Source: Thraustochytrium aureum (taxonomy: Eukaryota). From it: a DNA stretch of 43,254 nucleotides. Below are positions 34,699-43,254 of the stretch, piece after piece; position 1 is the first letter of the stretch; each line of letters begins with the position of its first letter. A model generated the notes under the pieces. That model was not told the origin of the DNA and searched no databases. It worked only from the letters and a program-made list of their open reading frames with translations. The stretch is from contig BLSG01000214.1 of the NCBI GenBank assembly GCA_012862495.1, positions 29,311-72,564 on the forward strand, written 5' to 3'. A program made the translations under genes and the position numbers.

Positions 34699-36627
34699 TT
34701 ACTCGAGTCGGGCACGAGCAGCAAAGCCGGGTTTGGTGACAGAGGTGTCGCTGGTGAGGGTTATTTGGACAACTCTGCCGGAAAAGGTGCCGGACGGCAA
34801 GACGTCGCCAGTCAACGTTGCCTCCTCCGCTCCGTTCAGCGACACTCTCACAAAGTCGTAGCCGTCCTCGACGTCGAGCAAGGTGAACTGGACCTCGACA
34901 GCCGCACCAGAGCCCGAGCGAACCTCCCAGCAACCCTCAAAGTTGTCCGGGTATCTGCTGAAGCCATCGTCAAAGCTGATCCAGTTGCGGTTGTCAGGGA
35001 CGATGATGGAGACACAGTTCGAATTAGACTCGGGCAAGACTGGTGCTTTCACACGGCGAACGCGGGCGTCAAAGCCTTTGGAGTTGTGAGTCGCGTCGCT
35101 GGTGAACACAACCAAGAGGCGGTCGCTCTCCACGAGCGTTGATCTTCCTGAGACGGTGTCGAGGAGCTCGCCAACTTGGTTGTTGAAATCCTGAGCGCGG
35201 TCGAAAGTGCTGCCCGACAGGCGGTAAACCTCCACAGTGTCCCCTGCGGCGACTTGGAGTTTGGTAAACTGTAGCTCAACGTTGTCGCCTTCGGCCTGGT
35301 TAGAGATGAGCCAACACCTCGAGGCCCCGTTGGGGTACTTTCTCCTCCAGCCGTCGTTGAATCTTTTCCACGAGTTCTTGGTGGTAACAGTCCGAAGGCC
35401 GTCCTTGCAACGCGTCGATGGTTCAATTACGCCGCCGGTTCCGCTGCCGCTGCCACCAGTGCTGCCGCCGCCGGTTCCACTGCTACCGCCCGTACCAGGC
35501 TTGATACGATAGCGGGCCTCGAAGCCTGACTTTTCTACGTTTCCGTCGGACGAAAAGGTCATCTCGATCGGGCTGGCCAGTTCCGCGAAAGCGATGGGGC
35601 GGGAACCGCTCACCTTGTCCACCAATTCGTGGTTCGGCCCGGAGAAGATCACGACGTAGTCGTAAGTGCTCTCGGTGTCCACGCGCGTAAACTCCAGCTC
35701 GATCTCGGCGCCCTCCGGAGCGGTGATTTGATAGCATTCGTGCGCCCAGTTCGGGTACTCTGGGGTTCGGAAGCCATCGTCGAAGGTTTTCCACTCGCTG
35801 GCTGCGATGTATTCCGCCTTGCCTGAAGGGCAGCGGTGCTCCCACGGCGCGGCGAGGAACGCGTCGAACTCGCTCAGGCGCGAGTAGACGCCATACTGCT
35901 TGGGCCGCGCGCAGCCGTTGCCGAAGGAGACGACGCCAACCTGCACCGGTTTGCCGGTCGCGTCCGTGTGGAAGAGCGGGCCGCCGCTATCGCCCTGGCA
36001 GCTATCTTTGCCGCCCTTCTCCAGGCCGGCACAAAGCATCGAGGTGTGGAATCCACCGACTGCTTTGCTGCACTTGCTGCGGCTCACAAGGGGCACATCG
36101 ACCATCATGAGGGTCCGCGAGGAGTCGCCGTTCTCACGGGTGTCACCCCACCCGATGACGCGGAGCAGAAGTGCGTCAGCCTCAAACTGGGCGTTGGTGT
36201 CGACTGTAATCGGGGTGATCCCGGTGATCGGGGTCTGGAGGAGAACGATTGCAACGTCGTTGCGCATCGAGTTGGGGTTGTAGGCCGGGTGCATGATGGA
36301 GGTTTTCACGAGACTCTCCTGCAGATTGCTCGAGGACCCGATGACGTACTCCTTGAAAACGACCTTGTAAGGGTCGCCTCCCTCAACGCAATGAGAGGCC
36401 GTCAGGACCATGTCGGGCGCGATAAGAGACCCGCCGCAAAAGTGGACTCCGTTCCTGCTGCGCAACGAAGCCATCCAAGGGTAAATCTGGGGCGCTTCGT
36501 TGCCGCCAACGATGCGAAGGTCGGGGGCGCTGCGCAGCCCCAGAGGCGCGGCAAGGCCCACCCACGGCGTCATGCACACCGCGGCGATCGCGGCGGCGGC
36601 GCCGGCCTGCTTGACGACCATCACCAT
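34699..36627 (-). CDS. Secreted trypsin-family (S1A) serine protease with three C-terminal CUB domains
   Basis: Signal-like N-terminus; R|IVGG activation site; HFCGGSLI, TASHC, NDVAI, KDSCQGDSGGP (Asp189 specificity); three CUB repeats (YPN...C...I...LEFT...YDYV...FSSD...GF.ARY) with a Gly/Ser linker. Confidence 0.95.
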   Translation of the reverse strand: MVMVVKQAGAAAAIAAVCMTPWVGLAAPLGLRSAPDLRIVGGNEAPQIYPWMASLRSRNGVHFCGGSLIAPDMVLTASHCVEGGDPYKVVFKEYVIGSSSNLQESLVKTSIMHPAYNPNSMRNDVAIVLLQTPITGITPITVDTNAQFEADALLLRVIGWGDTRENGDSSRTLMMVDVPLVSRSKCSKAVGGFHTSMLCAGLEKGGKDSCQGDSGGPLFHTDATGKPVQVGVVSFGNGCARPKQYGVYSRLSEFDAFLAAPWEHRCPSGKAEYIAASEWKTFDDGFRTPEYPNWAHECYQITAPEGAEIELEFTRVDTESTYDYVVIFSGPNHELVDKVSGSRPIAFAELASPIEMTFSSDGNVEKSGFEARYRIKPGTGGSSGTGGGSTGGSGSGTGGVIEPSTRCKDGLRTVTTKNSWKRFNDGWRRKYPNGASRCWLISNQAEGDNVELQFTKLQVAAGDTVEVYRLSGSTFDRAQDFNNQVGELLDTVSGRSTLVESDRLLVVFTSDATHNSKGFDARVRRVKAPVLPESNSNCVSIIVPDNRNWISFDDGFSRYPDNFEGCWEVRSGSGAAVEVQFTLLDVEDGYDFVRVSLNGAEEATLTGDVLPSGTFSGRVVQITLTSDTSVTKPGFAARARLE

Positions 36628-38768
36628 CCTGCTCTGCTGTCGGCTCCAGGGCCTCTGGTTGGGCTTGCCTTTTGGTCTGCGTTTCTCGTTCTGCCGCTTT
36701 CGGGGTTTGCTCGACGCCTGGATGGTTGGCGCGACCCGGGGTCGAGCCGCGTGTTGCACAATCCCCGTCGCGTAGCGGAATGTGCCCTCGGCGGGCGGAT
36801 GACTGCCGTTGCCTGGAGTGAGCGCAGCACCGGCAGCCCATCCATGTGCTCCCTCTCATCACGCGAGAGAGACTTGGGACCAAAAGTGGGCAAGGCCGTC
36901 CCCTCCCAGTGTCGTCCTCCAAAACGCAACAATCCAATTCTCGCAGACAAAACGGCAGAGGCATGCACGCATGGGCCGTGGAGGAGGGCGGGTAAAACGA
37001 GCCGTGCATTCTGCATGCACCGATCGATGCACTGTGGCTCTCGGCCGCCTGCCTGGCTGGCGCATGCGCCCCACCTGGGTTCTTGGGCTGACTCCTCCGC
37101 GAGCCATCCGACCTTGCAAGGCTTGCACCATTTATTTCACTGCACCACCAACCAAGCACCAACGATGCTCATCATGTGGAGTAGGAGAGCGAGTTGGAGG
37201 GAGGAAGGGCAAGGCAGTCCAAGTACTTGTCTACGCAGAGCGCGTTTCATTCAATACGCACGAACATACTCCAGGTTTGTTTACCATCCACTCGTCCATC
37301 CATCCATCCGTTCATGAGGCGAGAACAGACAGAAGTCGCGACTCGCGAGTGACGTCCCACTGGTTGCGACTGGGCTCTTGAAGAACAGCAGTTCAGAGCG
37401 CGAGTGATGGCAGCCCACTGGCGCAGAGAAGGACTCGCGAGAGAGGGAAGGCCCAAAGGCGGATCAACTCTTGAGCCTCGGCGCCTGCCTCGGGGTGAAT
37501 GGAGTGGTTGGGTGGGAAGGACTCGGAAGGAAGAGATCCAGAATTCAGAATTCAGAATGAACGACGGCGTGCAACACACGCGGTCGTTTCGGCGCCAAAA
37601 CCTATCCACTGATGAAGGCAGGGAGGCAGGCGGCAGGTGGGTAGGGAGGCTGGGCTGCCCCACATGGCCTCGTGAGCCGCCCTCTGGCAGCGAGCGAATT
37701 TCGTCAAGCCGCTTCCATGACTTTGCGGTCTGAATTCGACGGTTGAGCGCCATGAAATGGATCGATTCCAAACCGTGTACATGCACGTTTCTGCGGGACT
37801 GTTTTACCTGCAGGCGGGGCAGGCGTTTGGCGCGTTCTCTCGTTCTCTCGCCCCCTTCGTTGCAGTGTTAGCGATGCCGTTTGACCCGAGCTCTCGGGCT
37901 TTCGCTCGCCAAAGTGCAACCCAAAGCAGATCGACTTGAAGCGAGCCTCGAGCCGATCGCTTCGTCGAATCTGCGACACGCGTCTTTCGCCACTTTGATG
38001 TGGCGTGCCGGCACACGTCGGACTTCGGGCCGGTGAAGGAGACAGTTTGCGGCGCGCTCAACTTTCTCTAGAGCAGAAGTAGAGCTCTCTTCATCTTCTC
38101 CCCGCCAGGCGTGTCTCCCCGCCAGGCGTGTCGGCCAAGGTTGTGGCAAGCAATTCTTCTCGCGACGAGTTGCTGGCGCTCCCTGCCCTTGCGTCGCGTG
38201 GCGCCTCGCGTGGCCAACCGGTTGCGCATGTCTCACGTCCTTGGTTTCAGAGCTGTGGCTGGTTGCTGCAAATTGCTGTTGGTCGTGGCGTGATGTCACA
38301 TCCCTGACCTGCCAAAGCCGGTGCGCTGTTGCCGATTCGAGCGTGCTCTCCTCTTCATTGTGGCCAGCTGGCCGACGGTCAGGTTGCTTCCGTCTGTGTC
38401 GCACATGCACAGCGCAATGGAGTGAGGCCCGACTCGTGGGCTTCATTTGCCCACTCGACCGGGACGCATGCAGGCTGCGGGCTGCTCGGTCTTGCTGACC
38501 TCTTGGTGCAGGCTGCTGCTCAAAAGCAACTGAAACCAAGCCGGACCCAACATCACGTAGGTTTGCTGTACTCTACTAGTGAGCGGCTCGTCGTTGCGCA
38601 GCTGCGCTGCGACCAAGCCGAGATTGGGCCGGCCAGAAAACGACCGCCAGGCGCGGACCCGCCAAGGGAAAGTGGAACGTCATTTTCAGCAACACTAGGA
38701 GTACCTACCTACAGGGAACGAAAGCGGCGGGGCATGCTCGGGAGAAGGACCGGTGCTCGCAAGCCACG

Positions 38769-40583
38769 TCATTGCACCTTGGTGGTCTTGAGCGTGTAGG
38801 CCGACGCGACAAGGTACACTGCGGAAAGCGAGAGCAGCACAGCGTAGCCGCTGAGAGCGTATCCGCCGCCTTCCTCCTCGGCGTTGGCGTTCAGCATAAG
38901 CACCGGACCGCCGATAAGCGGGCCCATCGAGGTCCCCACAAACGCCCCGACGCCCCAAATGCCAAGAAACCGCGCGGCCTCTTCCTTGTTCGGCAGCGCA
39001 TCGATAGCAAGGCTGCCGTCCATGGTCAGGTACACGCCGTTCGCCGCACCAAGCAAGCAAGTCACGAGCACGACTGCCGTCTTGGTCGAGGCGCCGATCA
39101 AGGCCAGGTTCCCCAGCGCCAGAACCGCGCAAGAGGCATAGATATACCGCTTTCGCCCGTTACGGAGCTTGTCCGAGGCGTACCCAGCTGGGAAGGCCGT
39201 CATAACCCCGCAGAGCTGACCGATGACGGCCAGCGTCGCAGTGAACTGCTCTGATTCGGTATCCGTCAACTGGTCGGGCGTGCGGACCACGTCGCGCACA
39301 AAGTACATCAGATAAGCCTGACTGGAGATGCCCATGTAGTAGAGCGTTCGGCTGACGAGGATGAGGAAAAAGTCCCGGTGCTCGTGCGGCGAGATGCTGA
39401 ACGCGCGCCGCACCTGAGCGCAAGAGGGCAGTCCCGCCAAAAGGCCCCCGCTCACCACTGCCGGAGCNNNNNNNNNNNNNNNNNNNNNNNNNNNNNNNNN
39501 NNNNNNNNNNNNNNNNNNNNNNNNNNNNNNNNNNNNNNNNNNNNNNNNNNNNNNNNNNNNNNNNNNNNNNNNNNNNNNNNNNNNNNNNNNNNNNNNNNNN
39601 NNNNNNNNNNNNNNNNNNNNNNNNNNNNNNNNNNNNNNNNNNNNNNNNNNNNNNNNNNNNNNNNNNNNNNNNNNNNNNNNNNNNNNNNNNNNNNNNNGAT
39701 CGGCCAAGAAGAGGTTTGGCGCAGCACCGCCGATGCTGCTGCTGCTTCCAATGCGCCCGTCGCTCGCGCCTGCGCTCGAGCGGTCCGACCCGTCCAGCCG
39801 GACAGCGGCCAGACCCGGCGCCCCACACCCAGAGCCTGCGCTAGTCGGGCTCGAGCTTGGCGCAACCAGGGCCTCGAAGGCGAGCGGCATGAGCTCGCCG
39901 TGCAGCCCTGGTCGATTTGCAGCCGTAAACGTCAGCGCGGTCGTCGTGGCTATGATGAGAACGTAGAAAAAGTAGAGGTCCCCCAACATCTGAAAGGCCC
40001 CAAAGCTGCACACCGCGCCTGTCACGCTCAGCATGGCAATCACCCCGTTCGCGGTCCCTACTTGCTCCTCAGGGACGAAATCAGCGATCAGACCGTTCAT
40101 CGAAGAGTAGATCACGTTGAGGGCCAGCATGGAGAGCGTAAAGGCGGCCAAATACAAGCCCCACATCATTGTGCTGCGCGCGTACCACTGAACCAACAAG
40201 CCAAACACGCCCGTCAGCCCGCCATAGAAAATAAACGGCCTCCGCTTGCCCCACGGGTGGACGCACTGGTCTGATACAAGGCCCACGACGGGGCAGATCA
40301 GCTGCGTGATCCCTGCGACTGCCACAAACCCGCCCAGTAGAAGCGCGCTCTTGTCTGCGTTGATGCGCTTGGCCTCGATCGGCAGCGTCACAATAAAGTA
40401 GCTGCTCAGGAGCACTCCATTTCCGAACGAAAACGCGAACAAGCTCGCCAGGTCGGTTGTGCTCAGCTGCGGAAGCGCAGTGCGCCGCAAAGCGCCGCCT
40501 CCCGCCTCCCTGCTGCTCCGCCCCCCGTTCAAATACAGGTGACCAGAGGGCTCCAAGTCCACCTCGAGCGCCTCCATGCTCAT
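38769..40583 (-). CDS. MFS transporter (sucrose/SLC45-like, GPH-related); gap 39468-39697 lies in the central loop
   Basis: About 12 hydrophobic helices; GLVSD...WGKRRPFI, LIADFVP, GYASDKLRNGRKRYI, LAIDALP...ARFLGIW. Confidence 0.88.
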   Translation of the reverse strand: MSMEALEVDLEPSGHLYLNGGRSSREAGGGALRRTALPQLSTTDLASLFAFSFGNGVLLSSYFIVTLPIEAKRINADKSALLLGGFVAVAGITQLICPVVGLVSDQCVHPWGKRRPFIFYGGLTGVFGLLVQWYARSTMMWGLYLAAFTLSMLALNVIYSSMNGLIADFVPEEQVGTANGVIAMLSVTGAVCSFGAFQMLGDLYFFYVLIIATTTALTFTAANRPGLHGELMPLAFEALVAPSSSPTSAGSGCGAPGLAAVRLDGSDRSSAGASDGRIGSSSSIGGAAPNLFLADXXXXXXXXXXXXXXXXXXXXXXXXXXXXXXXXXXXXXXXXXXXXXXXXXXXXXXXXXXXXXXXXXXXXXXXXXXXXXAPAVVSGGLLAGLPSCAQVRRAFSISPHEHRDFFLILVSRTLYYMGISSQAYLMYFVRDVVRTPDQLTDTESEQFTATLAVIGQLCGVMTAFPAGYASDKLRNGRKRYIYASCAVLALGNLALIGASTKTAVVLVTCLLGAANGVYLTMDGSLAIDALPNKEEAARFLGIWGVGAFVGTSMGPLIGGPVLMLNANAEEEGGGYALSGYAVLLSLSAVYLVASAYTLKTTKVQ

Positions 40584-40701
40584 TTCGCAGCCTCTAGCGC
40601 CAGTCCGAGCCGCAGCGCCTACCGCCAGCCGCAGTCACCTCGCGCGGCGCTTTCGTAGCGCTGAAACCCAGCTCGCCGCGGCCTTGGTGCGGCGCCTCCA
40701 G

Positions 40702-40766
40702 CCGTGCGCCGACCGCCGTGCGCCAACTGCCGTGCGCCAGCTGCCGTGCGCCAGCTGCCGTGCGCC
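40702..40766. repeat. ~13-bp imperfect tandem repeat (ccgtgcgccagctg-like) x5 in the MFS/LCCL divergent region
   Basis: ccgtgcgccgaccg ccgtgcgccaactg ccgtgcgccagctg ccgtgcgccagctg ccgtgcgcc. Confidence 0.8.
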
Positions 40767-41259
40767 TGTGCCGCCGCGCGCTCGCCGCTGCCGCTTGGTG
40801 TTTGGACTGACGTGTCGTGGAGCGCGACGACGGAGTACCGCATCACCGACCGACCACCTTCAGCGCGAGTGCAAAGGTACCTCCAAGCGGGCAGATCCCA
40901 AACCCTTTCGTGCGCTCGCCAACCTCTCCAAGCGCGAGTCAGCGCCGCGGGCGGCCGGCGCGCGGCGACCGTCCTCGGGAGGGCGCGGCGCGACGGGGCT
41001 GGCCCTCTAGAGGGACTTGCTTGTTCAGGCGGGAGGCAGGCAGGCTGCCTGCAGGGCGGCGGACCTGACGTTTGGCACCCAAAGTCCAGCCAACCAGCCT
41101 CGAGTCCAGCAAGCAGGAAGCGGAGAAACGCTGGGCGCTTCTCGTAGAGAACGGCGAGGCGGTTTGACGGACGGGCTGCGATCGAGGGTTTGGAAAAAGA
41201 ACAGAGCCGAGCTGGGCGCGAAATCGGGGGGCGGGGGGGGCTGGGAGGGCGCGAGCCAG

Positions 41260-43254
41260 ATGATGGACGACCTCGAGGCGTCCTCGAGATCCACCAATGC
41301 GTCCACCAACGGAAACGCGGGAGGCAGCGGGGATTGCAACGGCGCCGAAACCCCGTCGGCAACCGGCGCGGATAGGCTGGCTCCAGAACTGGTGCCGTGC
41401 GGAAGGCCCTGCTGCCTCATCAAGTGCTCGCTCTGTTGCTGCTGTTCATGCGGGCCCTGCTCCGCCGACGACGCAGGGGAGGAGGCCCAAGACCGGCTGG
41501 GCCAAAGTCGANNNNNNNNNNNNNNNNNNNNNNNNNNNNNNNNNNNNNNNNNNNNNNNNNNNNNNNNNNNNNNNNNNNNNNNNNNNNNNNNNNNNNNNNN
41601 NNNNNNNNNNNNNNNNNNNNNNNNNNNNNNNNNNNNNNNNNNNNNNNNNNNNNNNNNNNNNNNNNNNNNNNNNNNNNNNNNNNNNNNNNNNNNNNNNNNN
41701 NNNNNNNNNNNNNNNNNNNNNNNNNNNNNNNNNNNNNNNNNNNNNNNNNNNNNNNCTCCTCGCCGTCTTCACTCTCTGCGCGCTTGGCATAATGTTTGGC
41801 ATCTCGTATCTTGACTACGTCAAAGGACCCGGCAGCGCTGACACACCTGTTGCGCGTCGGTTTGGCTGCGCCTCGTGGACCTTTCAGAACGCCTCCGCCT
41901 TCGACACATCGTGCGGGTTCCAGGGCGAGGATTGCCGCCCCTTCGAGTCGAGCTGGTTTATAGCGCGCTGCCCTCGGGCCTGCGCCGACCAATGGCCCGA
42001 ACCCGTCGTCGGCGGAGGAGACGGGATCTACGCCGCAACCAGCCGTGTCTGCGCTGCTGCCATCCACGCCGGGGTTATTCCCAACGGAAACGGCGGGTGC
42101 TTTCGGATGCGCTTCGCGGGCGAGCAGCGCGAATTTATGGGGTCGACGAGCAACGGGCTCGAGTCTCTGCCGTTCGGGTGGTTCCCCAAGTCGCTCGAGT
42201 TCCAACCTGTGGAGAACAACAACTGCAACGTTGTGCGGCCGTGGATTGACTTTTATGTGGCGTTGGTCATGGCTCTGGTGTTCCTCCTCCTTCGCCCCGA
42301 CGCGTGGTTCACCTTTGTCCTGCTGTCAGTGACAGGGTTCCTATACCTCGCCACTTCGAACAGCACCGCCAACTACTCTGTGATTCTCAACGCGTACTCG
42401 CCGCGGCTCCTCATCATCCTGCTTGCCGACTTTTTCTTTTGGCGCATGGCTGGCTACCGCACGATGCCAGACCCTCGCACGTTCCCCCTGGACGGATTTG
42501 TGCTGTACTTTCTCCCGTTCTGGCTCGGTGTTCACATGGACGCCTTGACCAATTTTGGCGTCAACCTGACCTTCACCTCGGAGATCTTCTCCACGCCGGG
42601 CTACGTCTTGGGGTTTCTCCTGCTGCTGCTCGTTGGGATCCCCGTCGCGATCATGCAGACGGTGCTGTACATCAAGGCACGCGAGGATCTTCAAGCCCTT
42701 GTTCTACATCGCGGTTGTCGTGCTTTGTATCGTCGTGGTCAGCCTCGCAACGAGCGCATACCTCGCGATCCACCTGCACCACTACATGTTTGGCGGGGCC
42801 GTGTTCCTCCTGGTCCAGGGCCAGCCGCGCCTTCGCTACTCGATCATCATCCAAGGCCTCATGCTTGGCGTCTTTGTCAACGGCGTTACCGTTTGGGACA
42901 TCGACCCGCTCTACGACGCAAAGTCGAACCCTTCCAGAGCCTCCGCCTTGTTTTGGACAGGCCTCAACATCTCCGGGCCCGCCGTCTCTGTGGAGTGGGC
43001 CACTTCTGAACAAGTCCTCGACACGTGGAATTGCTCCGATGCCGGCCTGGAGGCTTACCTCGCCTCAAATCTGACTGGCAATGCGCTGGCTGGAGGGAAT
43101 GCGCCGCCCTCTAAGAGTTCGCGGGCTGGCACGCGCATTCTTTCTGCGGGGAGCCAGCTGCTCGCGTGGACCAGCAGCGGCTTTGCAGGCGGGCCGAGCG
43201 CTGAATCGGGCCCAGCCGCTCTTCTTGGGGCTGATTCGCCAAATCGCAGAAACC
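41260..43254 (+). CDS. LCCL-domain multi-pass membrane protein (fungal-type family); gap 41512-41755, frameshift ~42682, runs off the window end
   Basis: CGFQGEDCRPF, RCP..C, VVGGG.GIYAATSRVCAAAIHAGVI..GGC (LCCL), then TM helices. The shifted frame reads IHLHHYMFG...SIIIQGLMLGVFVNGVTVWD and stays open to 43254. Confidence 0.8.

Noticed and set aside
35836..37317. 493-aa + strand ORF
   Set aside because: Antisense shadow of the trypsin-CUB gene with no recognisable motifs
36760..38760. Possible gene or ncRNA in the 2-kb region between the protease and the MFS gene
   Set aside because: Only short, compositionally unconvincing ORFs and small tandem repeats (cagaatt x3 near 37540; a 17-bp duplication near 38100); no tRNA or rRNA signature recognised
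1..43254. Alternative genetic code or stop-codon readthrough
   Set aside because: Conserved genes contain no in-frame stops at conserved positions; the breaks are frame changes rather than stops

Overview
This window is GC-rich, gene-dense, apparently intron-poor eukaryotic DNA with 11 N-gaps. IFT57 and SAS-6 indicate a flagellated organism; the gene style suggests a protist such as a labyrinthulomycete/thraustochytrid-like stramenopile, which is inference only. About 14 protein genes can be supported: IFT57, mitochondrial Hsp90 (TRAP1), a degenerate SPX-VTC protein, SAS-6, TIM50, a secreted DsbA-like CxxC protein, a long coiled-coil protein, a FAAP100-like protein, a large Myb-like + MMS22L/Mus7-like locus, a trypsin + 3xCUB protease, an MFS transporter, an LCCL membrane protein, and three divergent paralogues of an unrecognised family. 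That family has a signal peptide, a PA-like Cys-containing ectodomain and seven TM helices, and is the best candidate for an undescribed receptor system. Several conserved genes are split by single-base frameshifts, mostly in G/C homopolymers, which most likely reflect sequencing error. No rRNA, tRNA, CRISPR or transposase was recognised. All family assignments are by-eye motif recognition, not database results.
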